Virus record (IMG/VR): IMGVR_UViG_3300025913_000002
DNA: 64,000 nucleotides
Source of the DNA: an uncultured virus (IMG/VR IMGVR_UViG_3300025913_000002)
Taxonomy: Duplodnaviria; Heunggongvirae; Uroviricota; Caudoviricetes
Reading direction: 5' to 3' (one strand)
The notes beneath the pieces are model-generated. The model did not search any database and was not told where the DNA came from. It worked only from the letters and a program-made list of their open reading frames with translations. Position numbers and translations under genes: made by a program. Below, one piece after another: positions 26,253 to 36,372 of the stretch. Within the stretch, counting starts at the first letter, position 1, and each line of letters starts with the position of its first letter.

Positions 26253-26438
26253 ATGCCACCAACCAGCAAACAAATCGGCTTCTGCTCCTGCATCACCATC
26301 CTGGCCCTCTTCGTCGCCGCCTTCGCCATCCTCCGCCTGTTCGTAGACCGCGAGACGGCCGCCAACATCGAGGCGGGTGTGATCCTCGGGGCGATTGTGG
26401 TGGTGGGCTTGGTGGCGGGGGTGACTAAAAGAACGTAG
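26253..26438 (+). CDS. antisense leaderless 2-TM membrane moron
   Basis: Two hydrophobic helices; leaderless promoter geometry. Confidence 0.6.
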   Translation: MPPTSKQIGFCSCITILALFVAAFAILRLFVDRETAANIEAGVILGAIVVVGLVAGVTKRT

Positions 26439-27117
26439 ACCCGCACCGCCGTCTTGCCACCGCCGTTACCACCGTCTCGAATAGGAAGTCGTCGCTGTAA
26501 ACAAAGTCGGCCCCAGTTCCTCGCTGCATCGAGATGCCCGATTTCCCGACCCCGGAGATGCTGCTGTCCGTCACGGTTATCGCATCCTGCTGACCGGTCA
26601 CGAATGATCCGCTGCTATTCAGCCACTTGCCGTCTGAGACCCGCTTCACGCGCAAGATGATGGTCGTACCGACCGTGCGGCAGTAAAGTACGTAACTGTC
26701 AGTGAGCGAGAGCGTGAGGCTGCCAATCGTCCCGAGTAGTGTCGCGGTACCGCCGACGAGCTTCCGCAGAAACACCGCAGGTCCGCCCGCTCCCGCAAAG
26801 TGGAGTTGCGAGACGTAGCTCGTGATCCCCGACTGAAGCGTGCTCGCCGTCGTCATCCTGCAGAAGACATAGCACGCGATGTTCGTCCCCGCGCCGCTGA
26901 ACAGGAAGGTGGCGCTCGTCATCGCATCGCCGCCGTTGCCGTCGTTGTTCGTATTCCAGAAGGCGACCGTCGTAACGGCAGTAGTCGTATTCTGAACGCC
27001 GTTTGCAGCCGAAGCGAAAACCGATGTCTCGCTCCCCCACGCCGCAACGGTAGACCATCCCGATGGGATCGCCGGTGCCGTGACACCATCCCAGCTTTCG
27101 GCCTTCACGATTGCCAT
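26425..27117 (-). CDS. beta-sandwich (lectin-like) tail-associated protein
   Basis: Ends ITVTDSSISGVGKSGI...DDF, typical of concanavalin-like virion modules. Confidence 0.7.
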   Translation of the reverse strand: MAIVKAESWDGVTAPAIPSGWSTVAAWGSETSVFASAANGVQNTTTAVTTVAFWNTNNDGNGGDAMTSATFLFSGAGTNIACYVFCRMTTASTLQSGITSYVSQLHFAGAGGPAVFLRKLVGGTATLLGTIGSLTLSLTDSYVLYCRTVGTTIILRVKRVSDGKWLNSSGSFVTGQQDAITVTDSSISGVGKSGISMQRGTGADFVYSDDFLFETVVTAVARRRCGSTFF

Positions 27118-27120
27118 CGA

Positions 27121-28557
27121 CTACTGCTGCTCCAAGATTACGTCGATATTCCATCCAGTCGCGGTAGCCAAGGTCGTAACAGAAAATCTCAACTTGTCGC
27201 CGGATGCAACCGTTCCAAGCGCAGATGTAACCTCACCCTCATAATCTCCGCTACTGAACGTAATCGTTCCGACTGTCGAGCCGCTCCCGAACACAGCATT
27301 TCCCACGGTACTCTTCTGGATAACCACGACCGGTGCCCCGCCCGCCGTGTTCACTCGCAGGAAGATGCTCTTGACGTTCCACGTGATCGAACTACCGTCG
27401 GTCGGATTGAACGGGACGCGCTTCTCACCGATGTCGGCTCCGGTCCCCGCCGGAGTAAACGCCTCGCACAGTGAAATCACGCAGGCACGTTTCTGCGAAA
27501 TTCCGTAGGCGTCGTTCGTGATAATCCACTCATCTGCCGCGATCTTGCTCAAGATCATCGAAGCGTACTGCTGGATCGCACTCAACCCACCGCTGTTGTG
27601 GAGCGTGACGCCGCCTGCTGGAGAGAGCGTGACGAGCCCGGTCCCTAGCTGTCGAACCACGATTCTTGCGCCGATCGGGATCGCTACCGAGGCGAACGTT
27701 GGAACCGTCACCGTGATCGCCGAAGAGTTGTTGAACGCCTGCACGCTGCCCGTGTCGCCCGCCGCCAGCGTATAGGTCGTGCCCGTCCTGATGCGTAGGT
27801 ATTCGAGGCTCGGGTTCAGCGTCGTCACGCGCCAAATCCCGTCTGAGCCGGAACCTTTCAGCCCCCTTAGTTCCCAATACTGACCCGGCCCCATCGTCAG
27901 CGTGCTCACCGCTTCGATCATATCGCCCGAGAACGCGGCCACGATGATGTTGAAAGCACTGTTGTTGACGAACATGTACGTGATCTGCTTATCGCCGCTC
28001 GCGATCAACTGCGGGAGCGTGAAGTTCACATCCGCCGCCACGCCGGAATTGTACATGTAGGTGTAGAGGTCGCCGTTGCTCGTGATCGTGACGCCGGTAT
28101 CGAGCAGTCCGCCGATGGTTGCGGTGTTGGTCTCGCCGATCGTGAACGTCTTGCCTGACCGCGAGATCGTGACGTTAGCGCCCGGATCGAGGATCAGGTC
28201 GCCTTGCTGCCCGGTCGTCTCGCCGGTCTTCCTGATGCTGTTGACGCCCGCGCTCTCGACGACCTGATTGGTGTTACCGCCGCCGACCTGAGCGCCCGAC
28301 CCCGAAACAACTGAGTACGGGCTGCTGTTCGTCCGCAAGAGCGGCACGATGTCGTTGAACTGCGGTGGCGTCTGAGGCGTGTACGGAACGCCGTGCATGT
28401 AGACCCCGCCCCCGTTCGCATCGATCATCCCGACATCGAGGATGAGTTCCTTGGCAGTCTTGTCGATCAAGATGACGCGGCCGGATTGGATCGACCGGTC
28501 GGCACGAGCGCCGTAATCGCTCTTGTCTGCGGTCTGGATGAGGTTCTTGATAAGCAT
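27121..28557 (-). CDS. tail fibre / receptor-binding protein
   Basis: TYTL...D.G...NSSAITVTVP...IPIG..I...Q.GTG.VT module. Confidence 0.75.
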   Translation of the reverse strand: MLIKNLIQTADKSDYGARADRSIQSGRVILIDKTAKELILDVGMIDANGGGVYMHGVPYTPQTPPQFNDIVPLLRTNSSPYSVVSGSGAQVGGGNTNQVVESAGVNSIRKTGETTGQQGDLILDPGANVTISRSGKTFTIGETNTATIGGLLDTGVTITSNGDLYTYMYNSGVAADVNFTLPQLIASGDKQITYMFVNNSAFNIIVAAFSGDMIEAVSTLTMGPGQYWELRGLKGSGSDGIWRVTTLNPSLEYLRIRTGTTYTLAAGDTGSVQAFNNSSAITVTVPTFASVAIPIGARIVVRQLGTGLVTLSPAGGVTLHNSGGLSAIQQYASMILSKIAADEWIITNDAYGISQKRACVISLCEAFTPAGTGADIGEKRVPFNPTDGSSITWNVKSIFLRVNTAGGAPVVVIQKSTVGNAVFGSGSTVGTITFSSGDYEGEVTSALGTVASGDKLRFSVTTLATATGWNIDVILEQQ

Positions 28558-28560
28558 TGG

Positions 28561-31038
28561 CTACGGTATCACGCACGATGTGTGGTTGCCACGCACCGGT
28601 TTCCACGAGCGCGTATTCACGCTATTCCAAATCTGCCAATATAGGGTCACACCGGAAAGGTTCGTAGTGGTCCTCATAGTGATCCTAAAATCTAATTGGC
28701 CGAATGTTACGTTGTCCCACTCACGCCCTTGTAAAATCCGATTTGGAGCCCACCAGTGCCACGCTCCGTCGCCGATAAGCCATCCGTGGTCGAGATCAGC
28801 AGGAACGCTCAGATTAGCGCGCCAGTACCCTTGCGTGAAGCCACATCCAGGCGCAGTATGCAGGCTCAGGAATTGGTAGGTGTAGTAGCCTTGCGCGTCA
28901 GGGCCTTCGACTGAAACTACGCCGATAGTAAAATCGGTGATCGTGTAGCAAGTGATGTTTCCGCTGATGCTTCCCGGCGTAGCCGAAAGGACCGCGCTTG
29001 CTAAACTCTCGTTTCCTTCGGCATCCACTGAAGTGAGGTACACCCACACCTGCCCGGAAAGTCCAGGGCCGAGGATGCGGGCACCGGCTGCAGGGGTTGC
29101 GGTCGTGTAGAGAGAAAATCCGGTAAACTCGCTGGTGGTCGAAAGGTAGACGTTGATGCTCACCACGAGCGGGTCGGTCGGAATGTCGTAAATCGCGGTC
29201 AACTCCGTGGGATCGCCTCCCACGATGTTGAGTTGCGTAAAGTTCGGTGCAGCAGTCGGCTGCGAAACGTAGGGAACCCACTCGGCATCTGCCGTCCACT
29301 GGCCGTACGTGATGTTGTGCTGCACGCTCACGAGGCTCCAGAGTTCACGGTTCCGTTTCGCTCCGGCGACGGTGCTCGGGCGAGAGAATAAGTTTGGGCG
29401 GGCAGGCGCGCGAAACCCGAAGATTTGCTTCAGCGCCGTCTCGAATGTCGGGCGAATGGTGTTCGTGAGTGTCTGCAGGTTCCACGCGTAGTCGCGGAGG
29501 AAGAACTGCGCGACCTTCAGGCGCAGGTCGGTTGTCGCTGCGAGCGGATCGGTGATCCTCGTCGTGCGCGTCCCGAACCTCGCGATGCTGTTTGGGTCGG
29601 AAAGTGTCAGGCTCCCGCTCCCGCTCTCCTTGCTCTTCCCGGTTTGAACGATCACGCGATTGCGCATGTTTTTGCCGGTACGATGCCGCTGACAGTTATA
29701 GACATCGTAGTTGCCGTCTGTAGCGGAAACGCACACTCGATCGGGCAGTTTCTGGGTGTACGGCGGCTCGGTCGCGGTCATTGTGCCGTTTCCGTCGGCC
29801 AAGAAGTTCCAACCGACGACCGCAAATAGTTCCTGGCAGTACCCGAGGATGCTGTTCGTTTGCCCCTGCCACAGCGGGTACTGCAGGCCGGTCAGCCCGC
29901 TTCCACTCGACCACGCGATCTCCGAAAGCAGGAGCGGGTCGTTGTACCCCTCCTTCGCCGATTGGTTCCAATAAGCGGTCGAGGTCAACAGGCTGTGAAC
30001 GATGTCGCCGAGTTCGACGCCGCCCGCACTCGTGAGACGGTACGGGGCCGTCAGAAAAACGTCGTTGTTGTCTGCGAGCTTCTTGAGTGCATCGACCGCC
30101 ACGCACTTCACGAGGCCCGCATTGCTGAAGTCGATCTGGTCGCCCATGTAACCGGTGAACAGATTTCCGCCGAGCGCGGTAAACTGACTGCCCCCGTAGA
30201 CCGAGAGTTCGTCAATCCAGATCGTCTGAGCGCTGGTCGGTGTGACCGTAAACTTCACGTAGCGACCGGTCGTCTGCAAATCGCAGAACGCGAACTCCGG
30301 GATGTTCCCGGACGCGCTGTCGTCCCAGTCTCCGGGAGTGACGCCAGGGCTTCCCGCCCCGCCCACAGGACGCGCAGGCCAATCACGATAAACAAAACTG
30401 TCCGTGCTGACGCTCACCTGCACAGAAGAGGGGAGCGTGCAGGTGCCGGTCAGCGTTGCGAACCGGATCGCGGCGTGTTTTACATCTTTGCTTGATCCAA
30501 GATCGACGATCAGGGCAAACGGCGACGCGCTCGGTGCGTTGAAATGGCAATAGAGCGACGGCGCAAGAACCGCAGTCGTATCAAGTACGCCGTCGGTGAG
30601 CGCCGAGAGCGCAGCGGAACTGCCGCCTGAAGTCGCGAGCGTGCTGGTCGGAGTGATCCCGCTCGCGAGGTTGCTGTAGCAGTGCGCGCCGACGCGCAGG
30701 ACGATCTTCCTCGCCTCGTCGAGCAATGGATCGTAGGCACCCGCTCCGTTGTAGTTGTAGGTGCTGTTTAAGTTCTCGCTGGCGTAGTTCCCGTCCGGGT
30801 CGGGCAGCGTAAATCCGAGCGTTGCGGGCTGCTTGAATGCCTGCGTCAGCACGAGCCCGGTGTCGGGTCCCGCGAACGGCTGCAGCGGGAATAGGTGCCA
30901 CAGCGAGTCGCGCTTATACCAGAGTTCGATTTCGTGCTCGACGTGAGCGGCGATCCGGTGCGTGCGCGCGGAGAGAGATTGCGCTGTGTTTCCGATCTCC
31001 GTGACTTTTGTGCCGGTAAGCGTGAAGGGGTTTGCCAT
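28561..31038 (-). CDS. tail tip / hub protein with discoidin (F5/8-like) insertion and FN3-like C-terminus
   Basis: LTDG...LIVDLG...RYVKF...IDEL.VYG; D.NSIARFG; YLTSVDAEGNES. Confidence 0.75.
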   Translation of the reverse strand: MANPFTLTGTKVTEIGNTAQSLSARTHRIAAHVEHEIELWYKRDSLWHLFPLQPFAGPDTGLVLTQAFKQPATLGFTLPDPDGNYASENLNSTYNYNGAGAYDPLLDEARKIVLRVGAHCYSNLASGITPTSTLATSGGSSAALSALTDGVLDTTAVLAPSLYCHFNAPSASPFALIVDLGSSKDVKHAAIRFATLTGTCTLPSSVQVSVSTDSFVYRDWPARPVGGAGSPGVTPGDWDDSASGNIPEFAFCDLQTTGRYVKFTVTPTSAQTIWIDELSVYGGSQFTALGGNLFTGYMGDQIDFSNAGLVKCVAVDALKKLADNNDVFLTAPYRLTSAGGVELGDIVHSLLTSTAYWNQSAKEGYNDPLLLSEIAWSSGSGLTGLQYPLWQGQTNSILGYCQELFAVVGWNFLADGNGTMTATEPPYTQKLPDRVCVSATDGNYDVYNCQRHRTGKNMRNRVIVQTGKSKESGSGSLTLSDPNSIARFGTRTTRITDPLAATTDLRLKVAQFFLRDYAWNLQTLTNTIRPTFETALKQIFGFRAPARPNLFSRPSTVAGAKRNRELWSLVSVQHNITYGQWTADAEWVPYVSQPTAAPNFTQLNIVGGDPTELTAIYDIPTDPLVVSINVYLSTTSEFTGFSLYTTATPAAGARILGPGLSGQVWVYLTSVDAEGNESLASAVLSATPGSISGNITCYTITDFTIGVVSVEGPDAQGYYTYQFLSLHTAPGCGFTQGYWRANLSVPADLDHGWLIGDGAWHWWAPNRILQGREWDNVTFGQLDFRITMRTTTNLSGVTLYWQIWNSVNTRSWKPVRGNHTSCVIP

Positions 31039-31041
31039 AGG

Positions 31042-34000
31042 TCAGATCGGAATGTAGCGGTCGCGGGTCGTGTTGCCGAGATTGACGTTCAGGCTGCTGC
31101 CCTGGCTATTGATAACCTGCTGCGCCGCCACTTTCGCGCCATCGACGAATACATTCACGATTGGCACGTTCGTCGGCTTGACGGCAAATCCGACGTTCTG
31201 GAGAGTGGGGAACTTACCGTAAGCCGAATAATCGTAAGCGGCGACGTTGAAGTTGCTGGGCGCGTTGTAGTACGCAGGGTTCAGGTCCTGCGGGGTTGCC
31301 GTCGGCTTATTGCTCTTGTGGAAGAGACCGCCGATGAGATCGACCACACCGCCAATGCCTGCGCCAATAAGTGCGCCCGCTCCGCCAAACGTCGCGCCAA
31401 TCGAGGAGCCGGTGGCTACGCCGCCAAGGAGATTGCCGAGATTAACTCCTTGTGACGCGCTGGTTGAGGCAATGCTATAAGCCGCCAAACCTGCGCCGAG
31501 ACCTTTTTGTAGGTCGCTCTGTCCGGTGTTTCCCCGCTTCTTCGCGCCCGGTGCCTGCGTGCCGTCTGCTCCGGCTTCCAGTCCGCCAACCGCACCAGCA
31601 GCCGCCGCTGCCGCTCCCGCACCGAGTGCCTCCGCGACGCCGCCCGTGCTTGTCAGGTTGCCCGTGAAGGTTCCGGGGCCGCTTCCTGACAATGTGCTGT
31701 TGAGCGTGTCTAGCGAGACGCTTACCTTATCCAGCGACAAGATTTCCTTCGTCGTTGCAATCACGAGCGGGTTGGTCAGTGATTTCACGAACGGCTGAAG
31801 CGCCGCGTTCACAATCTCGTCGCCCAGCCCCTTGAAGAGATCGCCGACATTCCCCTGACCATGTAAGAAACCGAGCACGGTTTGTTGTGCTCGGTTCTGG
31901 ATCGGGCCGAGTACGCCCTGAACCTTGGCGCGGTCGAATTGTTCGAGTGCGAGGTTCGCCTGCTTGCGCGCGATGTCGGCGTTCTCGATGTCTTGCTTCG
32001 TCTTCTGCGACTGAGGCGCGCCATTCAGGAACGTAGAGACGAGGCTGAGTTGCGTGATGTCGGTGTACTTCTGTTGCGCAAACTCGGCCTGCTTGACGAG
32101 TTTCTGACGCTCCGGGAGAAGGGAACTCTCGATGTCGTTGATCTTGCGGGCGTACTTATCGTTGACTTCGGCGAACGTGGTCACGATGCCGCGCTGAAGG
32201 GTCTCTTCGGCAAGCCGCCTCTGCTGCGCCGCGTTATCTTCAAGCGCGTCGCGGAAGTGGGCAAGCCCTGCGACCACTTCCGGCAGGAATTGGTTCATCC
32301 CGCTCAGTTTGTCAATCGTGGCCTGAATGTCGGCGGCATCCGCCTTGAGTGCATCCGACTGCGCAGCGGACTGGTCGCCGTAGAGGTCAGTAGACGGCAG
32401 TCCGCGCTGTCGCGACCGAATACTTTGATCCGTCGCCTCTCCGAGATTGCGCGCCACGGCGTCGAGTATCTTGTCCCACGGGATCGACATATCTCCAAAC
32501 GACGGTATCTGCCGCTCAAGCACGCCTTGGCGCTTGCTCGCAAATTCCGCCCCCGTGCCCTCTAAGCCGCCCCGAAGCCTGCGAAGCTTGTCCGTGTCAC
32601 CTGACGCGATTGCGGCCGCTTCTTCGGCGCGCTGTGCCGCCGCTGCCGCCGCGCCCGTTGCGCCTCCGTTCGGTCCACTGAACAGCCCGTGCTTCTGGAG
32701 CGCGAGGTCGTAGTCAGTACGCGCGGATTTCTCCATGCTGTCGCGCAGATTACGGTACTTCTCTTGCGCGTCCTTGAGTTGTTCTTCGGTCTGTTGCTTA
32801 CTCTCAGCGTTCGTATCCGCGAGGTTTCCAGAAAGCCCGAGCCGCAATCGTCGGCGCGTGTCTTCATCGCCCGCCGCTGCCGCCGCTGCATCTGCCGCCG
32901 CCGCTGCCTGTTTTGTTTCCGGGAAGTCGGGGCCATAAAGTTTCTTGACGAACTCGAACTGCGTTTGCAGGCGCTTCGCTGTTTCGTCGAGCGCCTCCTG
33001 GCGCGCTTTCTCGGCTTCGTCGGCTGCTTTCTGCGCCGCTTTGTCGGGAGGCGGAGTGTAGCCCCCCTTGACGTGGAGTGTGCTGGAATTTGGGTTTGCA
33101 GGCTGAAGTCCGGAATTTCGACCGAAAGATGGTGACTGGAGTTGCCCGTTCAATCGATCGTATTCTGCTTGCATGGCCGCAAGATCAAACGTTACGTCGC
33201 GTACTCCAGGACCCGCCAAGGCACCCTGCGTGGGCGCAAACTGCATAAACCGCTGAAGATATCCTCGTTCCTGGGCCGTCTTGTTGCGATACAGATCGTA
33301 CACGCCGCCGTCGTTACCGAAGTGTGCAGCGCCCCCGAACATTTCGGTAGTGGTTACGTTTCCGTGTACGCCCGCTCCTCGCGCAGCCTCAAGCATCTCC
33401 TGCAGAGTGGCGCGCTGCATCCTTGCCTGGCTGTTAACTGCTCTAGGGTCGCCGGGGAACGCACCTCGCCCAGACAATATGCCGCCCATTGTGCCGTTGT
33501 TCGTCGCTATGTTTCGCGACTCGTTGTTGATCCTCTGAATGCCGTCGGCGATGTCCCGCAGGAAGTTGCGCAGCCCGCTAGCGTCGATCGCATTCGAAAT
33601 CGCCGTCATTGCACCGCCCCAGGCTCTTTGAAACTCCTGCGCGGTCGTGGTCATTGTCTGGCGAAGTTTATCGGTCTCGGTAGTCAGTCCATGCGTGCTC
33701 TTTGTGGCATCGTCTAGCTTTTCCTGAATAACACGGAGGAACTCGGGATTGACGGTCCCGAAGAGCCTCCACGCGTTTTGCGTCCCACTGATCGCTTGCG
33801 AAAACTTCTGAGCAGTCGCGACCGGCATATGGCTCGCGACTTCGTTGAAGTTCTTCATCGTCTGGATAAGGTCGAGACCGCCGGAAGGAGTTAGCCCTGC
33901 CTGCAGAGTCGCGCCCTTATTCGAGATCATGCCCGTCGCGGGATTGAAGTTCTTGATGATCTGGCTGATTAACTGGCCGGACTCTGTTCCTCCCATTCGA

Positions 34001-34812
34001 CCCCGGACACCTTCGAAGGTGAGTGCGGAGATCGTCGCCGCAACCTGCTCAAGCGGAACGTGTGCGGCTTCAGCGATCGGGCCAAGATATTTGAGCGCCG
34101 CCGTTATCTCTGAAATCTCAGCCGCTGAACCCTTCCACATAATCGCAAGCAGTTCGCCCGCCCGCCTCATTTTCTCGCTCTGGTCAACGTTCTTGCCAAG
34201 CTGGTCGCCGAACTGGTTGTAGACCTGCAGCATGGCGCGCGTCGTGTCGCGGGCGTCGCTCTCGGTGCCGATCACGAGATTGAGCGAGGTTCGTAGAGCC
34301 GAGAACGCGACCGTGTTATCCTTGATCTGCGTCTTGAGCTGGTAGTAAGCCTCGCCAATGTCCTTGACATCGGCCCCGGTCCGCGCCGCCTCTTCTGCGA
34401 TGTCGGCTCGAATGCTCGGAGTGCTCCCGCTCGGAGACACCCGCTGAACCCGCGCCGCCTGCTTCTCCATCTCGCGCATTGCGTCGATGGTGCCGGTGAT
34501 CGCTTTCGTAACGCCTTCGAACACAAGCCCGACGGCACGGTACTGCAGCATCGTGCCGAGCAAGCCACTCATCGACCGACCCATGCTGTTCACGTTGTTA
34601 GTCGTGGTGTTGGTCGTGTTATTGAAGGTGTTGAAGTTGTTCGTGATCGTGGTGATCGACGATCCGAGTTGACCGGTCGCGCCGTTGAACGCCTGGTAAC
34701 TCGACGTGAGCTGCTGGATAATCTTGTTGTGGGCGTTTAAGGCGGTGTTCGCCTGCTGAAGAATTGCAAGGCCCTGAACATCGATCGTTATAGTCGTTCT
34801 TCGGTCTGCCAT
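31042..34812 (-). CDS. tail tape measure protein
   Basis: ~1256 aa, Ala/Gly-rich helical; TP901-type core (ALKYLGPIA...A.ISAL...GVRG..GGT). Confidence 0.9.
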   Translation of the reverse strand: MADRRTTITIDVQGLAILQQANTALNAHNKIIQQLTSSYQAFNGATGQLGSSITTITNNFNTFNNTTNTTTNNVNSMGRSMSGLLGTMLQYRAVGLVFEGVTKAITGTIDAMREMEKQAARVQRVSPSGSTPSIRADIAEEAARTGADVKDIGEAYYQLKTQIKDNTVAFSALRTSLNLVIGTESDARDTTRAMLQVYNQFGDQLGKNVDQSEKMRRAGELLAIMWKGSAAEISEITAALKYLGPIAEAAHVPLEQVAATISALTFEGVRGRMGGTESGQLISQIIKNFNPATGMISNKGATLQAGLTPSGGLDLIQTMKNFNEVASHMPVATAQKFSQAISGTQNAWRLFGTVNPEFLRVIQEKLDDATKSTHGLTTETDKLRQTMTTTAQEFQRAWGGAMTAISNAIDASGLRNFLRDIADGIQRINNESRNIATNNGTMGGILSGRGAFPGDPRAVNSQARMQRATLQEMLEAARGAGVHGNVTTTEMFGGAAHFGNDGGVYDLYRNKTAQERGYLQRFMQFAPTQGALAGPGVRDVTFDLAAMQAEYDRLNGQLQSPSFGRNSGLQPANPNSSTLHVKGGYTPPPDKAAQKAADEAEKARQEALDETAKRLQTQFEFVKKLYGPDFPETKQAAAAADAAAAAAGDEDTRRRLRLGLSGNLADTNAESKQQTEEQLKDAQEKYRNLRDSMEKSARTDYDLALQKHGLFSGPNGGATGAAAAAAQRAEEAAAIASGDTDKLRRLRGGLEGTGAEFASKRQGVLERQIPSFGDMSIPWDKILDAVARNLGEATDQSIRSRQRGLPSTDLYGDQSAAQSDALKADAADIQATIDKLSGMNQFLPEVVAGLAHFRDALEDNAAQQRRLAEETLQRGIVTTFAEVNDKYARKINDIESSLLPERQKLVKQAEFAQQKYTDITQLSLVSTFLNGAPQSQKTKQDIENADIARKQANLALEQFDRAKVQGVLGPIQNRAQQTVLGFLHGQGNVGDLFKGLGDEIVNAALQPFVKSLTNPLVIATTKEILSLDKVSVSLDTLNSTLSGSGPGTFTGNLTSTGGVAEALGAGAAAAAAGAVGGLEAGADGTQAPGAKKRGNTGQSDLQKGLGAGLAAYSIASTSASQGVNLGNLLGGVATGSSIGATFGGAGALIGAGIGGVVDLIGGLFHKSNKPTATPQDLNPAYYNAPSNFNVAAYDYSAYGKFPTLQNVGFAVKPTNVPIVNVFVDGAKVAAQQVINSQGSSLNVNLGNTTRDRYIPI

Positions 34813-34825
34813 TAATCCACCCAAC

Positions 34826-34855
34826 AAAAAAGCCCGCCGACACCCGGCGGGCTTT
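34826..34855. terminator. intrinsic terminator immediately upstream of the TMP start
   Basis: AAAGCCCGCCG/CGGCGGGCTTT with a T run on the minus strand. Confidence 0.75.
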
Positions 34856-34869
34856 CAATGCTTATCGTC

Positions 34870-35103
34870 TTAGACGCTTCTTAGCAATTCGTCTTCATCG
34901 CTCGGTGGCGGCTTCTTGCGCGTGATCGCCTTTACTGCTTCGATCATCGTCTGAACCAGACCGGTGCGCGGCGGATCATACATGACTGGCGCACCACTGC
35001 GCTGACTCGGCACCACGATGAAGTTATTCGTGACGTTATTGACCGTGTTGTTCACGATCTTGACATTGTTCGTCACGATGACGATTTTCGGCGGCTCGCT
35101 CAT
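34870..35103 (-). CDS. hypothetical moron protein
   Basis: ATGA overlap with the lipoprotein gene. Confidence 0.5.
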   Translation of the reverse strand: MSEPPKIVIVTNNVKIVNNTVNNVTNNFIVVPSQRSGAPVMYDPPRTGLVQTMIEAVKAITRKKPPPSDEDELLRSV

Positions 35104-35525
35104 TGGCGTACCAGGTCAATCGCCATGTTCGACGGTACATCCGCCTGCGGGTTCTGGATGCGAAGCGAGCCTGTGAGATGACTGTCGGTTGCTGCGAGCT
35201 CGCCCGTTCCGGGTAGCACTGTTTGATCGGGACCGGTCACGAGAATATTGACGCTCTGACTCCCGTTTCCTGAAATCGTCCACGTCGCGCCGTTCACGAG
35301 ATAGGTTCCGGTAATGTGGTCGGATGCATCGTACATCAGCGTCATTGCCCCGGATTGGGACGGAACGCCGCCGTACCGCCAGCCGCCTACAGTGCCCTTC
35401 CAGGTTCCTGCGCGGCTCGTGTTGACCACGGGAGGCGGGTTGTTCCCTCCACCTGTGGCCGGAGCCGACCCTCCACCACACCCCGCAAGAATGCACAGCC
35501 CTAACAGCAAAAATAGTCGTCGCAT
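35100..35525 (-). CDS. lipoprotein moron
   Basis: Signal peptide with lipobox LAGC; AAGGAG RBS; AGTWKGT beta-barrel-like motif. Confidence 0.75.
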   Translation of the reverse strand: MRRLFLLLGLCILAGCGGGSAPATGGGNNPPPVVNTSRAGTWKGTVGGWRYGGVPSQSGAMTLMYDASDHITGTYLVNGATWTISGNGSQSVNILVTGPDQTVLPGTGELAATDSHLTGSLRIQNPQADVPSNMAIDLVRQ

Positions 35526-35579
35526 GGCAATCTCCTTTTCAAGAGACGCCGTTTCTGTGTGCGGCCCGACAATTCCTTG

Positions 35580-36032
35580 TTACAGCCCCATCTCCTGCAC
35601 AATGATGTCTCCCATGAGATCGGCAAGTTTATCTTCTACTAAGTCGAGACCTTTACCGAGATAATCAGTAATATCCTCAAAGTGCTGGGCGTAATCGAAT
35701 CCTTCAGGGGATGTACCCGCCTTGTCATCCACGTGAACGATGAACCCGTCGCCGTCAGCCACGACATCGATGTTGTCATATATTCCTTGCCCGCTTAGGA
35801 TAAGCGGCTGATCCGCCGATTTTCCCGCGACCCGCCGAAACCCCTTCATGTGCGGCTTGCGCGCGGCGTACTCGGGCGAAAGGCTGTAGATCGACGACTG
35901 CCCGAGTATCGAACGTACGCTATCCACGATCAGCGCACCCGCCTCCTGCATGAACCGGGCACGCACCCGCGCGACGATCGACGGTCCGATGTTGAACGGA
36001 ACGGCAGGAGCGGTAATCTTCAGTTGGATCAC
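35580..36032 (-). CDS. virion morphogenesis / tail completion-like protein
   Basis: LSPEYAARK...PLI.SG..Y...YA..H motif. Confidence 0.65.
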   Translation of the reverse strand: MIQLKITAPAVPFNIGPSIVARVRARFMQEAGALIVDSVRSILGQSSIYSLSPEYAARKPHMKGFRRVAGKSADQPLILSGQGIYDNIDVVADGDGFIVHVDDKAGTSPEGFDYAQHFEDITDYLGKGLDLVEDKLADLMGDIIVQEMGL

Positions 36033-36372
36033 TTGTTCGCCTCCGCCTCAAGCCGCAGTCCGTATTCCTGGTGGAGTGCGTAGATCGCAGCGGGGCCGTG
36101 GAGCATGGTTGTCTTGTTCGTGTTCGTGTTTACGTACTCATAAGAATGCCCTTCCTCAAGGCACATTCTCAAGAACTCACGATACATCTTCAGTTCACCA
36201 CTCGCCTGCTGAAGCGCCTGGACCCGCGCCAGCCAGTCGAGGATGCCGACGCACCAATACGGCAGGTCGGGCTGATTGATGACGATCCCGGTCATTCGAA
36301 GATTGAGCGGGTCGCCGAGCCGGTACAAACCCGAAAGCCCCGCCGTGCCGAGTACACGACGGGCTAGGTAGG
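36029..36372 (-). CDS. tail chaperone GT extension (-1 frame)
   Basis: Open -1 frame across the TAC stop; no good independent start. Confidence 0.6.
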
